A stretch of DNA of 64,000 bases from Dehalococcoidia bacterium. Lineage in GTDB: Bacteria; Chloroflexota; Dehalococcoidia; Bin125. The notes beneath the pieces were generated by a model. The model did not search any database. It saw only the letters and a program-made list of their open reading frames with translations, and was not told the origin of the DNA. The stretch lies in assembly GCA_965261715.1 (NCBI GenBank), contig OZ253471.1, forward strand, positions 560,763 through 624,762. The letters run 5' to 3'. Position numbers and translations under genes: made by a program. Positions 27,838 through 37,162 of the stretch are shown here, in pieces (position 1 is the first letter of the stretch; every line of letters begins with the position of its first letter).

Positions 27838-29772
27838 GTGGAGGAAGCCGTAGATTTCACGCCCCTGCTCCTGGTCAGCTTGCTGGCAGTGGTAGTTCCT
27901 TTCGTTGCCTGGCGACTGACAGGGGGATTGCTACCCGCAGTCGCCGGTGAGGTGCTGGTTGGAATCATCTTCGGCGAGCCGCTACTGGGCTTCATCACCG
28001 GCGACAACGAATGGCTGACATTTCTTGCGCTGTTCGGCTTCGCCTATCTGATGTTTCTCTCCGGGCTTGAGATAAACCTCAGCTTGCTGGGTCAGTCGCC
28101 GGGGCGTCGCTGGTACATACCGCGGGTCGCGCTGAGGCATCCCCTGATCTCTGGCGCAGTGCTGTTGGTGTTGGTTGTTGCGTTCACGTTCGTGGCGTTG
28201 CGTCTCATGAGCGCGGTCGGGTTGATCACCTCGAATCAAATTCCCATGCTGCTCTTCATCCTGATCGCCACAGCGGTCGGCGTCATTGTGCCGGTGTTGA
28301 AGGATCGTCCGGATCTGGGCCGGATGGGACAATCGCTTCTGGTCGGTGGCTTCCTGCTCGAGTTTGTAGCGATCGTCGGGGTCGGTGTAGTTGCCGCGCT
28401 TGAACGGGAGGGGATCAGCTGGAAGATCATCCTCATTCTGGCCGTCCCCGCAGCGCTGGTGCTGATGATCTGGTTGTCGAGAGTTGGGAGCGGGCGGTTT
28501 CCCATCATCCCGCGGACGATGCACGAGCTCGCCCAGACCTCTTCCCAGCTAAAGATCCGCGCGTCGCTGGCGTTGCTCGTCATCTTTGTCGCGTTGTCAC
28601 AGGTCGCTGGTACCGAGATGGTCCTGGGCGCCTTCGTGGCCGGTCTGGCGGTGACGGTCGTGTCACCGCGGCACGGGTCTTCGTTGCGCGGCAAGCTCGA
28701 CGCGCTCGGCTACGGGTTCTTTGTTCCCATCTTCTTTATCCACGCCGGCGCGACACTCGACCTGGGCGCTGTCTTTGACTCAACGGACTCGTTGATCCTG
28801 GTGCCCGTGTTGCTTCTGGTCGCGTTCGGGGCCAAGCTGGCGCCGTCATTGTTGGGACTAGTGCCGGCCTGGGGCTTCCGCTCAGGCCTCGCCGGAGGCT
28901 TCTTGCTGAGCGCCAATCTCTCCCTCGTGCTTGCGGCGGGAGCGATCGCGGCTGATCTGGGCGTGATTGACGGAGGTCTACACGGCGCGCTGTTGCTGAT
29001 GGCCCTGCTCACGACCGTGCTGGCCCCGCTGATGTTCTCGACCATCGCCGGTCGGGCTCCGGCGCAGGAAGATGGACACACACTGATCATTGGCGGCGGA
29101 GAGCTCGCGAAGACTCTGACCGAGCGACTGTTGGCGGCGGGACAGCGGGTCATCGTGCTGGATCGTGATCCAAACGCCGCGGCGCGTTGGGCGCCGCTCG
29201 GCGTGGAGAGCGTGGTCGGCGATCCTCTGGATGCACTGACGCTGGTCAGCGTGCGGCTGTTACATACGGACGTGGCGGTTATTGTCGACTTCGACCATCC
29301 CGACCAGGTGGTTGGCTACACCAGATCGATGCGGCGGATTCACCCCACGCTGCGCGTCGTGACCTGGGTCTCGGAACCCGATCTTCAATACGACCACCTC
29401 GATGTCGAGGCGTACCTGTTGTCGGATGTCACCGCGTTGGCGCTGGAGGAAGCCGTGCTGCGGCCGTCGTTGCACGCGGCCCGCAGCGATCCCGACTCTG
29501 GCCTGGTCGAGGTGTCAATGCTGAATCGCGAAATGGATGGACAGACTCTGAGCGAAATCGACTTCGAAGGCGATGTCCGAGTGCTGGTCGTGATGCGGTC
29601 AGGCGAGATTACGGTCGCTAAGGGCGATACGGCGATCTTCCTGCACGATCGGTTGACCCTGGCTGGCGAGCCCCACGCAGTGGCGCTCATGAGCAGCCGA
29701 TTCCGGCAGCGCAGCAAGTATCGCTGGCTGATCGACGTGCGAGCAGTTCGCAGGTTCGAGCGCGAAGTCTAG
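27838..29772 (+). CDS. Cation:proton antiporter (CPA-type) with C-terminal RCK/TrkA domains
   Basis: 644 aa. N-terminal 12-TM Na+/H+ exchanger-like region followed by 'LIIGGGELAKTLTERLLAAGQRVIVLDRD' (TrkA-N Rossmann) and a TrkA-C-like tail. Confidence 0.8.
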   Translation: MEEAVDFTPLLLVSLLAVVVPFVAWRLTGGLLPAVAGEVLVGIIFGEPLLGFITGDNEWLTFLALFGFAYLMFLSGLEINLSLLGQSPGRRWYIPRVALRHPLISGAVLLVLVVAFTFVALRLMSAVGLITSNQIPMLLFILIATAVGVIVPVLKDRPDLGRMGQSLLVGGFLLEFVAIVGVGVVAALEREGISWKIILILAVPAALVLMIWLSRVGSGRFPIIPRTMHELAQTSSQLKIRASLALLVIFVALSQVAGTEMVLGAFVAGLAVTVVSPRHGSSLRGKLDALGYGFFVPIFFIHAGATLDLGAVFDSTDSLILVPVLLLVAFGAKLAPSLLGLVPAWGFRSGLAGGFLLSANLSLVLAAGAIAADLGVIDGGLHGALLLMALLTTVLAPLMFSTIAGRAPAQEDGHTLIIGGGELAKTLTERLLAAGQRVIVLDRDPNAAARWAPLGVESVVGDPLDALTLVSVRLLHTDVAVIVDFDHPDQVVGYTRSMRRIHPTLRVVTWVSEPDLQYDHLDVEAYLLSDVTALALEEAVLRPSLHAARSDPDSGLVEVSMLNREMDGQTLSEIDFEGDVRVLVVMRSGEITVAKGDTAIFLHDRLTLAGEPHAVALMSSRFRQRSKYRWLIDVRAVRRFEREV

Positions 29773-30599
29773 GCGGAGCGAAGAGTGTGCTCGGAGCCGA
29801 TGCCAGCGAGGTGTCCCAGATAGATCGGGACAAGCGGCAGCACGCAAGGACTGATGAAGCTGACAAAGCCGCCGGCGAACGCGATTGCGGCGGAACCGGC
29901 GTTGAGATCGAGCATACTGGTCGACGATCCGTCCGATCCGGCCAGCACATCGACGCCGAAACTGCCCAGCGCTTCATTGAGCACGACGACCCGGTCAAGA
30001 GCAATCAGCATCCCGACAAAGACGAGCAGCACGCCCGAGACGACCCCAATCAGCGGCATCCAGCGGTTTAACTTGCGCAAGAATTTAGTTGACGCGCCGA
30101 AGGTGGCGCCGACAATCAGGAATGGGATGCCGAGCCCGGCGGCGTAGCAGATCAGCAGGATGATGGCCTGGAGGAGCGAGGCGGAATCGAGCGCGAGCAC
30201 GAGGATGCCGGCCAGAATCGGTCCGACGCATGGAGTCCAGCCGACTGAGAAGGCCACGCCGACAACGACGGAGCGGCCGTAGTCAGCGGCGGCGCGTGTG
30301 CGTGAAGCCTCACCGATTGGCGCGGCACTGGAGCCTGCGGGTCCACCGACCTGGAAACTGCGGTACAGCAGCGGGATGGTGATCACCTCGGCAAGGTGCA
30401 GCCCGAGGATGACCAACAGGACGCCCGCGACACGCTGGAACCAGATCAGTTCCTCCTGGAAGGCGGAACCGAGTGCGCCAAGCAGAGCGCCGAGGGCGAC
30501 AAAGACAACGCTGAAGCCGAGCACGAACGAAGCCGCATGGAGAAAGACGACTCGTCGTGCTGTGGTCTGTCCGCCTACGGCCCCGGTCGCAATAGCCAT
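29769..30599 (-). CDS. ccdA: Cytochrome c biogenesis protein CcdA (DsbD-family thiol-disulfide transporter)
   Basis: 276-aa polytopic membrane protein with 'FVSFISPCVLPLVPIY' and 'SVGWTPCVGPILAGIL', the two conserved CcdA Cys motifs. Confidence 0.8.
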   Translation of the reverse strand: MAIATGAVGGQTTARRVVFLHAASFVLGFSVVFVALGALLGALGSAFQEELIWFQRVAGVLLVILGLHLAEVITIPLLYRSFQVGGPAGSSAAPIGEASRTRAAADYGRSVVVGVAFSVGWTPCVGPILAGILVLALDSASLLQAIILLICYAAGLGIPFLIVGATFGASTKFLRKLNRWMPLIGVVSGVLLVFVGMLIALDRVVVLNEALGSFGVDVLAGSDGSSTSMLDLNAGSAAIAFAGGFVSFISPCVLPLVPIYLGHLAGIGSEHTLRSA

Positions 30600-30644
30600 A
30601 CGGTCAGTCTACGCCAACTCCGAGGCCTCAGAGGCGGGCTGCGT

Positions 30645-31523
30645 CTAGTGCGAAACGCCCGCGTCCTCCTCGGCCGACAGCAGCGTCGCCATCACCGACT
30701 TCATACCAAGCCCGCGATTCTTGGCGCGATTCAGCGTGTCGCTGGCGGCTGACGCGATCGGTGAGGGAATACCAGCCTCGCGCGCCACTTGCACGGCCAG
30801 CGAGACATCCTTGGCCGCCCACTTGAGGAAGAATGACGCGTCGTCGAAGTTGCGCTCCAGCAGCGTCGGCATGTTGCGAACGTGCTGCTGGGCGGAAGCG
30901 ACGCTCATCACTTCGTACGCCTTGTGCGCATCGAGTCCGCCCGCTTCGGCGATCACCGTCGCCTCGATCAGCACCTGCATCGTGGCGATGCTGACCATGT
31001 TGTTAGCGATCTTGGTCAGCGCGCCCATGCCGAGTTCGCCCATGTAGAAGACGTGGTTGCCGATGCATTCGAGGACGGGCCTGTACTTGTCGAAGGCGGC
31101 CTTGTCGCCACCGACCATCACCGCGAGCTTCGCGTCGATCGCGCCCTGCACGCCGTTGGAGACCGGCGAATCGAGGAACGTCACGCCCCGTTCGGCGGCT
31201 CGCTCGGCGAGTAACTTCACGGTCGATGGCAGGTTGGTGGAGAGGTCGAAGCACACCAGCCCCGGCTGCGCGCCTTCCAGCAGACCATCGACGCCTCGCA
31301 GGACGGTCGTGACCTCAGCCGGACCTGGCAGCGATAACAGCGTGACCTCAGTCTGCGATGCGACTTCGGCGGGTGAATCTGCCCACGTTGCGCCGAGCTC
31401 AATCAAGTTCGCGGCGTGTTCCTCGACCAGGTCATTGACGACGACCCGATGTCCGCCCTTGATCACGTTCGCGCACATGGGGTTGCCGATATTGCCCACA
31501 CCGATGAAACCAACGTCCGCCAT
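30645..31523 (-). CDS. NAD(P)-binding 3-hydroxyisobutyrate dehydrogenase-family oxidoreductase
   Basis: 292 aa with 'VGFIGVGNIGNPMCANV' dinucleotide-binding motif and 6-phosphogluconate-dehydrogenase-like C-terminal domain. Confidence 0.8.
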   Translation of the reverse strand: MADVGFIGVGNIGNPMCANVIKGGHRVVVNDLVEEHAANLIELGATWADSPAEVASQTEVTLLSLPGPAEVTTVLRGVDGLLEGAQPGLVCFDLSTNLPSTVKLLAERAAERGVTFLDSPVSNGVQGAIDAKLAVMVGGDKAAFDKYRPVLECIGNHVFYMGELGMGALTKIANNMVSIATMQVLIEATVIAEAGGLDAHKAYEVMSVASAQQHVRNMPTLLERNFDDASFFLKWAAKDVSLAVQVAREAGIPSPIASAASDTLNRAKNRGLGMKSVMATLLSAEEDAGVSH

Positions 31524-31580
31524 GCTGGTGTCCTCTCTGCGCCGAACTCAACTTGGGGTTGCAGGGTACTCGCAGAATTT

Positions 31581-32003
31581 TCAGCCGTGCCGGTTGCGAT
31601 AGTGGCGGTCGTCGGGCATGGGCAAGTCGGGCGGCAGCGTTCGATGCGCTTTGTCGAGTAATGCAAACAGCTCAAGGGTGGCATCGAGTTTGTCGGTCAG
31701 TCCTTCAAGTAACAGACGGTCCTCATAGAAATTTTGGTGCGCGTCGTTGGCGGCTCCGAACAGGTCGACGATGCGTCGATCTCCGGTCTGTCTTCGTAGA
31801 TATTGGATGATCGACCAGCCGTCGGTGTGGCTCTCGTTGGGCCAGTTGCGCTCGGCGGCGATCTGTTTGACCCGGTGAGCGGCTGCGCCCCAGATTTTCT
31901 CCGAAGCTTGCAGCCGGTCGCCCTGCGCGATCATTTCTGCCGCGTGGTCCAGCATCCGCTGGCTGTGAACCGCGTGGCTCTCAATCGGTTCAGTCGTGGT
32001 CAT
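31581..32003 (-). CDS. Hypothetical alpha-helical protein
   Basis: The ORF is open to 32060. ATG at 32003 ('MTTTEPIESHAVH...') is preferred because it leaves a 77-bp divergent intergenic region. No domain recognised. Confidence 0.35.
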   Translation of the reverse strand: MTTTEPIESHAVHSQRMLDHAAEMIAQGDRLQASEKIWGAAAHRVKQIAAERNWPNESHTDGWSIIQYLRRQTGDRRIVDLFGAANDAHQNFYEDRLLLEGLTDKLDATLELFALLDKAHRTLPPDLPMPDDRHYRNRHG

Positions 32004-32080
32004 TCGTTTGCTCCGGCTCTCACTGGTCACCACGATACGAGATATGGGGTGCTGAGGCATGTCAGCGGTATCCTGCCTCG

Positions 32081-33289
32081 GTGAGTGAGCGTGAGCCTGA
32101 AGCAGCAGCGGCAGTAGGGACGTTGGATGGCGTCCGCGTGCTGGAACTGTCGGAAACCGCAGCGGGCGGCTATTGCGGAAGACTGCTGGCAGGTCTCGGC
32201 GCAGAGGTGACGATGCTGGAGCCGCATTCCGGCTCAGCGCTCAGACGCAAGGGCCCGTTTCGAGACGATGTGCCCGACCTTGAGGGCGGCGCGACGCATC
32301 TGCATCTCAATCGACGCAAGGGATCATTGCGCGTCGACCTGCGCACCGCGGCAGGTCGCCGGCTGCTCGACTCTCGGTTGGAAGAGGTTCAAGTGCTGAT
32401 TGTCGACGTGGACCGGCGTCGCTGGCGCGAGTTCGGACTGGATTTCGACGCCATTCGCACCACCCACCCAGACCTCCATCTCTGTTCGATCACGCCGTAC
32501 GGCATCGAGGGACCGAAGGCCAACTGGCTCGGTTCGGAGCTGACGCTGTACGCAGCGGGCGGCTACCTGCGAATCGGCGGAGAGCCCGATCGCGAGCCGG
32601 TCAAGGCGTGGGGCGAGCAGGGTCATCTGCAGGCTGGATTGCATGCAGCGTTGGGCATCGTCTCTGTGCTGTACGCCGATTCCCGTGGACAGCAAGTTGA
32701 CACGGCGATCTACGAGGCGCTGGCCTTTTTGCTGGGCGGGGGTTACCAACACGCGTGGTTCTCGGATTCAGAGCCGATGCGCAACGGAGCGCGACTGGTC
32801 GGATTTGGTCCCGGTCACCTCTATCCATCGACAATCCGGCCCTGCGCCGACGGCTGGGTACACGCACATTGCAACAATCGCTATCCCGAGGCCATGGCAG
32901 TGCTCTTCGATCAGCCACGACTCGCCGAGCCAAACCTGTTGGCGAGTCTGATGGGTCATGCGGACGAAGTGGATGAGTTGATGGCGCCGGTGCTGATGCA
33001 GACGCCACGCCGGGACGTGGTGAAGCGCGCCCAAGAGATCCGCATTCCCTTCACCGAAGTGTTGGCCCCATCGGAAGTCATGGCCGACGCCGACGGTCAC
33101 CATGCATCGAGAGACTTCTGGCAGACCATCGAGCATCCTCGAGGAGGCGAGTATCAGGCGTCAGGTCCGGCAGTGAGGTTTGGCAAGTCGAAGTGGGTCG
33201 ATGGCACGGCGCCGCACCTGGGCCAGGACAACGAGCGCCTCGGTTCGCCGGAGGAACGTGTTCGCTGGAGGCGCGCCGGTGTTGCCTGA
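32081..33289 (+). CDS. Family III CoA-transferase (CaiB/BaiF-type)
   Basis: 402 aa. 'GVRVLELSETAAGGYCGRLLAGLGAEV' N-terminal Rossmann region typical of the CaiB/BaiF family. Confidence 0.85.
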   Translation: MSEREPEAAAAVGTLDGVRVLELSETAAGGYCGRLLAGLGAEVTMLEPHSGSALRRKGPFRDDVPDLEGGATHLHLNRRKGSLRVDLRTAAGRRLLDSRLEEVQVLIVDVDRRRWREFGLDFDAIRTTHPDLHLCSITPYGIEGPKANWLGSELTLYAAGGYLRIGGEPDREPVKAWGEQGHLQAGLHAALGIVSVLYADSRGQQVDTAIYEALAFLLGGGYQHAWFSDSEPMRNGARLVGFGPGHLYPSTIRPCADGWVHAHCNNRYPEAMAVLFDQPRLAEPNLLASLMGHADEVDELMAPVLMQTPRRDVVKRAQEIRIPFTEVLAPSEVMADADGHHASRDFWQTIEHPRGGEYQASGPAVRFGKSKWVDGTAPHLGQDNERLGSPEERVRWRRAGVA

Positions 33290-34565
33290 ACCTCAGCTGG
33301 CGCCTTACGCCGACTCGCCCTGTCGCCCGTTGAGTGGGATTCGGGTGCTTGACTTGACGACTGCGGTGGCTGGACCGGTTGCCGCCTTGTTGTTGGGGGC
33401 GCTCGGAGCGGAAGTGCTGCGGATTGAGACTCCCTGGGCCCGACCTCCGCACCCGGCCTCGGCATTGCCGCACCGCGGCGATGGTCCCGATGAGCCCTGG
33501 AATCGTGAAGCGCGGCTGAACGAACTGGCCAACAGTAAGCGGTCGGTAGCGCTCAACTTGACCACTCCGGCCGGGCGCGAGGTCTTCCTGGATCTGGTCG
33601 AACACTCCGACGTTGTGCTAGAAAACTACTCGCCGCGGGTGATGGGCAACTTCGGACTCGAGTGGGACACGCTGAGCGCGCGCAATCCCCAGATCATCTA
33701 CGTGGCAATGCCGGCGTTCGGCAAGTCGGGTCCCTGGCGCGACCGCATCTCCTATGGACCGGGCATCGATGCGATGAGTGGACTGTCCTGGCTGACCGGC
33801 TATGCCGATGGCTCGCCGCTCAAGCCGGGCAACTTCTACTGCGACCAGAACGCCGGCCTGCATGCGGCGCTGTCGACGGTCGCTGCGATTCTGGCACGCT
33901 GCCGTGTCGGTGGACAGACCGTCGAATTGGCGATGCTTGAAGGCGAGCTGCAGCTCATCGGCGAGGCGATGGTGGGCCAGCAACTGTCAGGCCGGGAGCC
34001 GACGCGGATTGGCAATGAACACACCTCGGCAGCGCCGCATGGCGTCTATCCGGCGAAGCCAGTGCTCGATGATCCCGACTCATGGATTGCGATTGCCTGT
34101 CGCGACGACGCCGAGTGGGAGGCGCTGCTCAGCGTTTGGCAGGATCAAGCAGTGTCTTGCGACCTACGGTTCGCGACCGGACTTCGGCGTTGGCGACATC
34201 GAAGCGACCTCGATGCGCTGCTTCGCGAGTGGACGATGTTGTTCAATCCGATGGAATTGGCCAGTCGATTGCAGGACGCCGGTGCTCCTGCGTCGCCGGT
34301 GATGGGCGCCAGGACGCTGTTGCGTGACGAGCAGGTGCTGGCGCGACAATCGGTCGGTGGGCTGGCTCATCCGCAGGTTGGACTGTCGCCGGCGCCGCAG
34401 GCGGCCTATCGGATGTCCGAGACTCCGGCGCCGCCCAAGAACGCCGCGCCGCTGTTTGCGGTCGATACGGTCCCCGTGTTGCAGCAAATCTTGGGATACT
34501 CCGAAGAGCGGATCGCTGAACTGATCGAATCAGGTGCAGTCAGCGACCGATTGCGGCCCCGCTAA
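33279..34565 (+). CDS. Family III CoA-transferase (CaiB/BaiF-type), second copy
   Basis: 'GIRVLDLTTAVAGPVAALLLGALGAEV' aligns with the upstream paralog. Start placed at GTG 33279 (or 33258), overlapping the upstream stop. The ORF track's 5' extension is rejected. Confidence 0.8.
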   Translation: MLPEPQLAPYADSPCRPLSGIRVLDLTTAVAGPVAALLLGALGAEVLRIETPWARPPHPASALPHRGDGPDEPWNREARLNELANSKRSVALNLTTPAGREVFLDLVEHSDVVLENYSPRVMGNFGLEWDTLSARNPQIIYVAMPAFGKSGPWRDRISYGPGIDAMSGLSWLTGYADGSPLKPGNFYCDQNAGLHAALSTVAAILARCRVGGQTVELAMLEGELQLIGEAMVGQQLSGREPTRIGNEHTSAAPHGVYPAKPVLDDPDSWIAIACRDDAEWEALLSVWQDQAVSCDLRFATGLRRWRHRSDLDALLREWTMLFNPMELASRLQDAGAPASPVMGARTLLRDEQVLARQSVGGLAHPQVGLSPAPQAAYRMSETPAPPKNAAPLFAVDTVPVLQQILGYSEERIAELIESGAVSDRLRPR

Positions 34566-34587
34566 CCGACAAGAGAGGGAGGTGTTG

Positions 34588-34986
34588 ATGCCAATTCGAA
34601 AACCTTGGATTCAGCCGAGCGAAGAGTCGATTCGTGCGATTCCCGCCGTCCTCGGCGTCTATGAGATCGCCGACGCCGAGGGCAACTTGATCTACATCGG
34701 ACAGGCCGGAGGTCGCGAGCCGTTCGGTCTGCGCACCAGGATGGCGCTGCACTTCGGCGGCGACGATCCGAATCTAGTGTTGCGAGAGCGAGCGGCGCAA
34801 TTTCGCTGGGAGTCGAACCAGCAATACACGTCGAAGCGACTCGAGATGCTGATGCAGTTCCAGCGCGACGAAGGCGTTGAATGGCCGCCGGCGCATCCGG
34901 CGGGGGACTGGCGCGATACGCCGCAGCTCGGTCGGCTGCGTCGCTCACAGCCCCTCCGGCAATCGAGCGAGCAATCGAGCGAGTAA
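34588..34986 (+). CDS. Small GIY-YIG-domain protein
   Basis: 'VLGVYEIADAEGNLIYIGQAGG...RTRMALH...RWE' fits the GIY-x(9-11)-YIG ... R ... H ... E pattern of GIY-YIG nucleases. About 132 aa from ATG 34588. Confidence 0.5.
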   Translation: MPIRKPWIQPSEESIRAIPAVLGVYEIADAEGNLIYIGQAGGREPFGLRTRMALHFGGDDPNLVLRERAAQFRWESNQQYTSKRLEMLMQFQRDEGVEWPPAHPAGDWRDTPQLGRLRRSQPLRQSSEQSSE

Positions 34987-35030
34987 TCGAGCGGGCAATT
35001 GAGTGGGCATTTTAGTGGGAAGTGGAGGAT
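34960..35030 (+). repeat. Decaying 12-bp tandem repeat (caatcgagcgag x about 5)
   Basis: Seen directly: 'caatcgagcgag caatcgagcgag taatcgagcggg caattgagtggg cattttagtggg aagtggagga', ending in the acd ribosome-binding site. Confidence 0.5.
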
Positions 35031-35034
35031 TCCG

Positions 35035-36204
35035 ATGGATGTCTTGATGTCGGAAGAACAGCGGATGATCACGCAGGCCGTGAAGCGATTCGTGCGCGAG
35101 GAGGTGCAGCCGCTGGAGCGCGATCTCGATCCCGACGCGGTAGAACTCCCGCCGGGGGAGCTGGATCGGCTCAAAGGCATCGTCCAGCAGATGGGTTTGT
35201 ACCACATTGACGTGCCCGAGGACTATGGCGGGCCCGGTATGCCGCTCACCACGCGCGGTCTCGTGGCCGAGGAGATGTCTCAGCATCGGGCGGGCTTATA
35301 CCTGCCCTGCTACGGGGCCTTCGGCTCAGCCGGACTGGCACAGCTGTATGCCGCCACCGACGATCAGAAGGACCGCTACCTCTATCCGATGCTCAATGGC
35401 GAGAAGCGCGCCTTCTTCGGTCTGACCGAGCCGTCGGGCGGATCGGACCCGGCGCGCGCGATTCAGACCAAGGCCGTAAAGGACGGCGACGACTGGATCC
35501 TGAACGGGTCGAAGCTCTTCAGTTCGGGCGCTGACCGCGCCGACTTCGGCCTGGTCTTCGCCCGCACCGATCCGTCCAAAGGGCGGCGAGGCATCTCCGC
35601 GTTCCTTGTGGACACGGACTCGCCCGGCTTCGAAGTCCGCCGCGTCGTGCACACCCTGCGCTCGGCAAACTATGGGACCGAGTTGTCGTTCGACGATATT
35701 CGGGTTCCGGCGGCAAATCTCCTCGGCGAGGAGGGCGGCGGATTCTCGTTGGCCAACGCCAATCTGACACGCCAACGGATTCCCTACTCGGCCACCTGCA
35801 TCGGCATCGCAGTCGCGGCGCAGGCGATGGCGATTTCGTACTCGCAGCAACGAGAGACATTCGGCGCCGCGCTTGCGTCGCGACAGGCGATCCAATGGAT
35901 GATCGTGGACAACGAGATCGACATCCGCACCGGCCGCATGATGTATCTCGCCGCCGCCGAAAAGTCCGAGCAGGACGAACCCTTCCGCTTCGAGGCGGCG
36001 ATGGCCAAGCTGACCTCAACCGAGGGCGCGAGCCGCGTCGTTGACCGCGCAATACAAATTCACGGCGGCATCGGCGTGACCAAAGACCTGCCGCTCGAGC
36101 GTTGGTATCGCGAGATGCGGATTCGCAGAATCGGTGAGGGTCCGTCCGAGGTGCAACGGATCATCATGGCGCGCGACCTGCTGGGTCGCGGTAGCAGCGG
36201 ATAG
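35035..36204 (+). CDS. Acyl-CoA dehydrogenase
   Basis: 389 aa from 'MDVLMSEEQRMI'. ACAD N/M/C domains present with catalytic-base region '...IQIHGGIGVTKDLPLERWYRE'. Confidence 0.9.
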   Translation: MDVLMSEEQRMITQAVKRFVREEVQPLERDLDPDAVELPPGELDRLKGIVQQMGLYHIDVPEDYGGPGMPLTTRGLVAEEMSQHRAGLYLPCYGAFGSAGLAQLYAATDDQKDRYLYPMLNGEKRAFFGLTEPSGGSDPARAIQTKAVKDGDDWILNGSKLFSSGADRADFGLVFARTDPSKGRRGISAFLVDTDSPGFEVRRVVHTLRSANYGTELSFDDIRVPAANLLGEEGGGFSLANANLTRQRIPYSATCIGIAVAAQAMAISYSQQRETFGAALASRQAIQWMIVDNEIDIRTGRMMYLAAAEKSEQDEPFRFEAAMAKLTSTEGASRVVDRAIQIHGGIGVTKDLPLERWYREMRIRRIGEGPSEVQRIIMARDLLGRGSSG

Positions 36205-36249
36205 TCTGCACAGGTTGCCGACGCTCGTACAGCGAGTCTGGAGTATGTG

Positions 36250-37011
36250 ATGAGCGAAATAATTGAAGTAGCGGTCGACGGCGCAGTGCGCACGGTGACC
36301 CTGAACCGGCCTGAGAAGCGAAACGCGCTCAACAGCGAAATGCTCGTTGAGCTTCACGCAGCATTCTCAGGCGAGCCGTCGCCGGAGGAACGCGTCGCCG
36401 TGATCCGCGCCAACGGATCGGTCTTCTGTGCCGGACTTGACCTCCGAGAGCGCGAAGAAGGGCTTCCCGGTGGCGATGTGTCAATCGAGCAGATGCTCGA
36501 CGCGATTCAGCACTGGCCACTGCCGGTGGTCGCGGTCGTCCAGGGTGACGCCATCGCCGGCGGTAACGAACTCGCGCTGCACTGCGACTTCGTCGTCGCC
36601 GATGTCGAAGCGAAGTTTGGTATGTCACTCGCGCAAATCGGTCTCGCGCCCTCGTGGTTCCTGGCCAAGAAGCTGTTGGAAGTCGCCGGACCGGTGGCCA
36701 CGCGAGAAATCCTGTTGCTTGGGGATCGAATCCCCGCCCGGCGAATGCACGAATGGGGTGTGATCGCAAGAGTGGCGCCGGACGGGGAACTGGAAGAGTC
36801 CGCTGACGCGATGATCGACCGCTTGAGTAAGAACGCGCCGCTCAGTCTCAGGGCAATGAAGGCGCTGATCGTGAGAGAGATGGATTTCCGCGATCACATC
36901 CCACACGAGGATGTCGACAAGCTGGTCGCGGCTACCCGGGTGTCGTCGGACGCGAAAGAGGGCATCCGAGCCTTGTTCGAGCGTCGACCGCCGGCGTTCG
37001 TCGGGGAGTGA
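36250..37011 (+). CDS. Enoyl-CoA hydratase/isomerase (crotonase fold)
   Basis: 'VAVIRANGSVFCAGLDL' and 'AVVQGDAIAGGNELALHCDF' crotonase signatures. Confidence 0.85.
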   Translation: MSEIIEVAVDGAVRTVTLNRPEKRNALNSEMLVELHAAFSGEPSPEERVAVIRANGSVFCAGLDLREREEGLPGGDVSIEQMLDAIQHWPLPVVAVVQGDAIAGGNELALHCDFVVADVEAKFGMSLAQIGLAPSWFLAKKLLEVAGPVATREILLLGDRIPARRMHEWGVIARVAPDGELEESADAMIDRLSKNAPLSLRAMKALIVREMDFRDHIPHEDVDKLVAATRVSSDAKEGIRALFERRPPAFVGE

Positions 37012-37162
37012 TTGACAATTCGTTGAGCCGGACGTACATTCATCGTGCGCGCTGCGGCTGAGGGCTAGCCGGCAACATGCCCAACAGGCCGTACACTTTG
37101 GCCATGCCCCGCTCTCCGGGTTTAGCGCACCGGACGCGGGGCCTTTTCACGAGCGTGCGATT

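Noticed and set aside
33180-33278. Extended 461-aa version of the second CoA-transferase, overlapping the first by about 100 nt.
   Set aside because: The alignment of the two paralogs starts at 'GIRVLDL', and the extension is Arg/Ala-rich. A GTG at 33279 or 33258 gives a conventional start with a short overlap.
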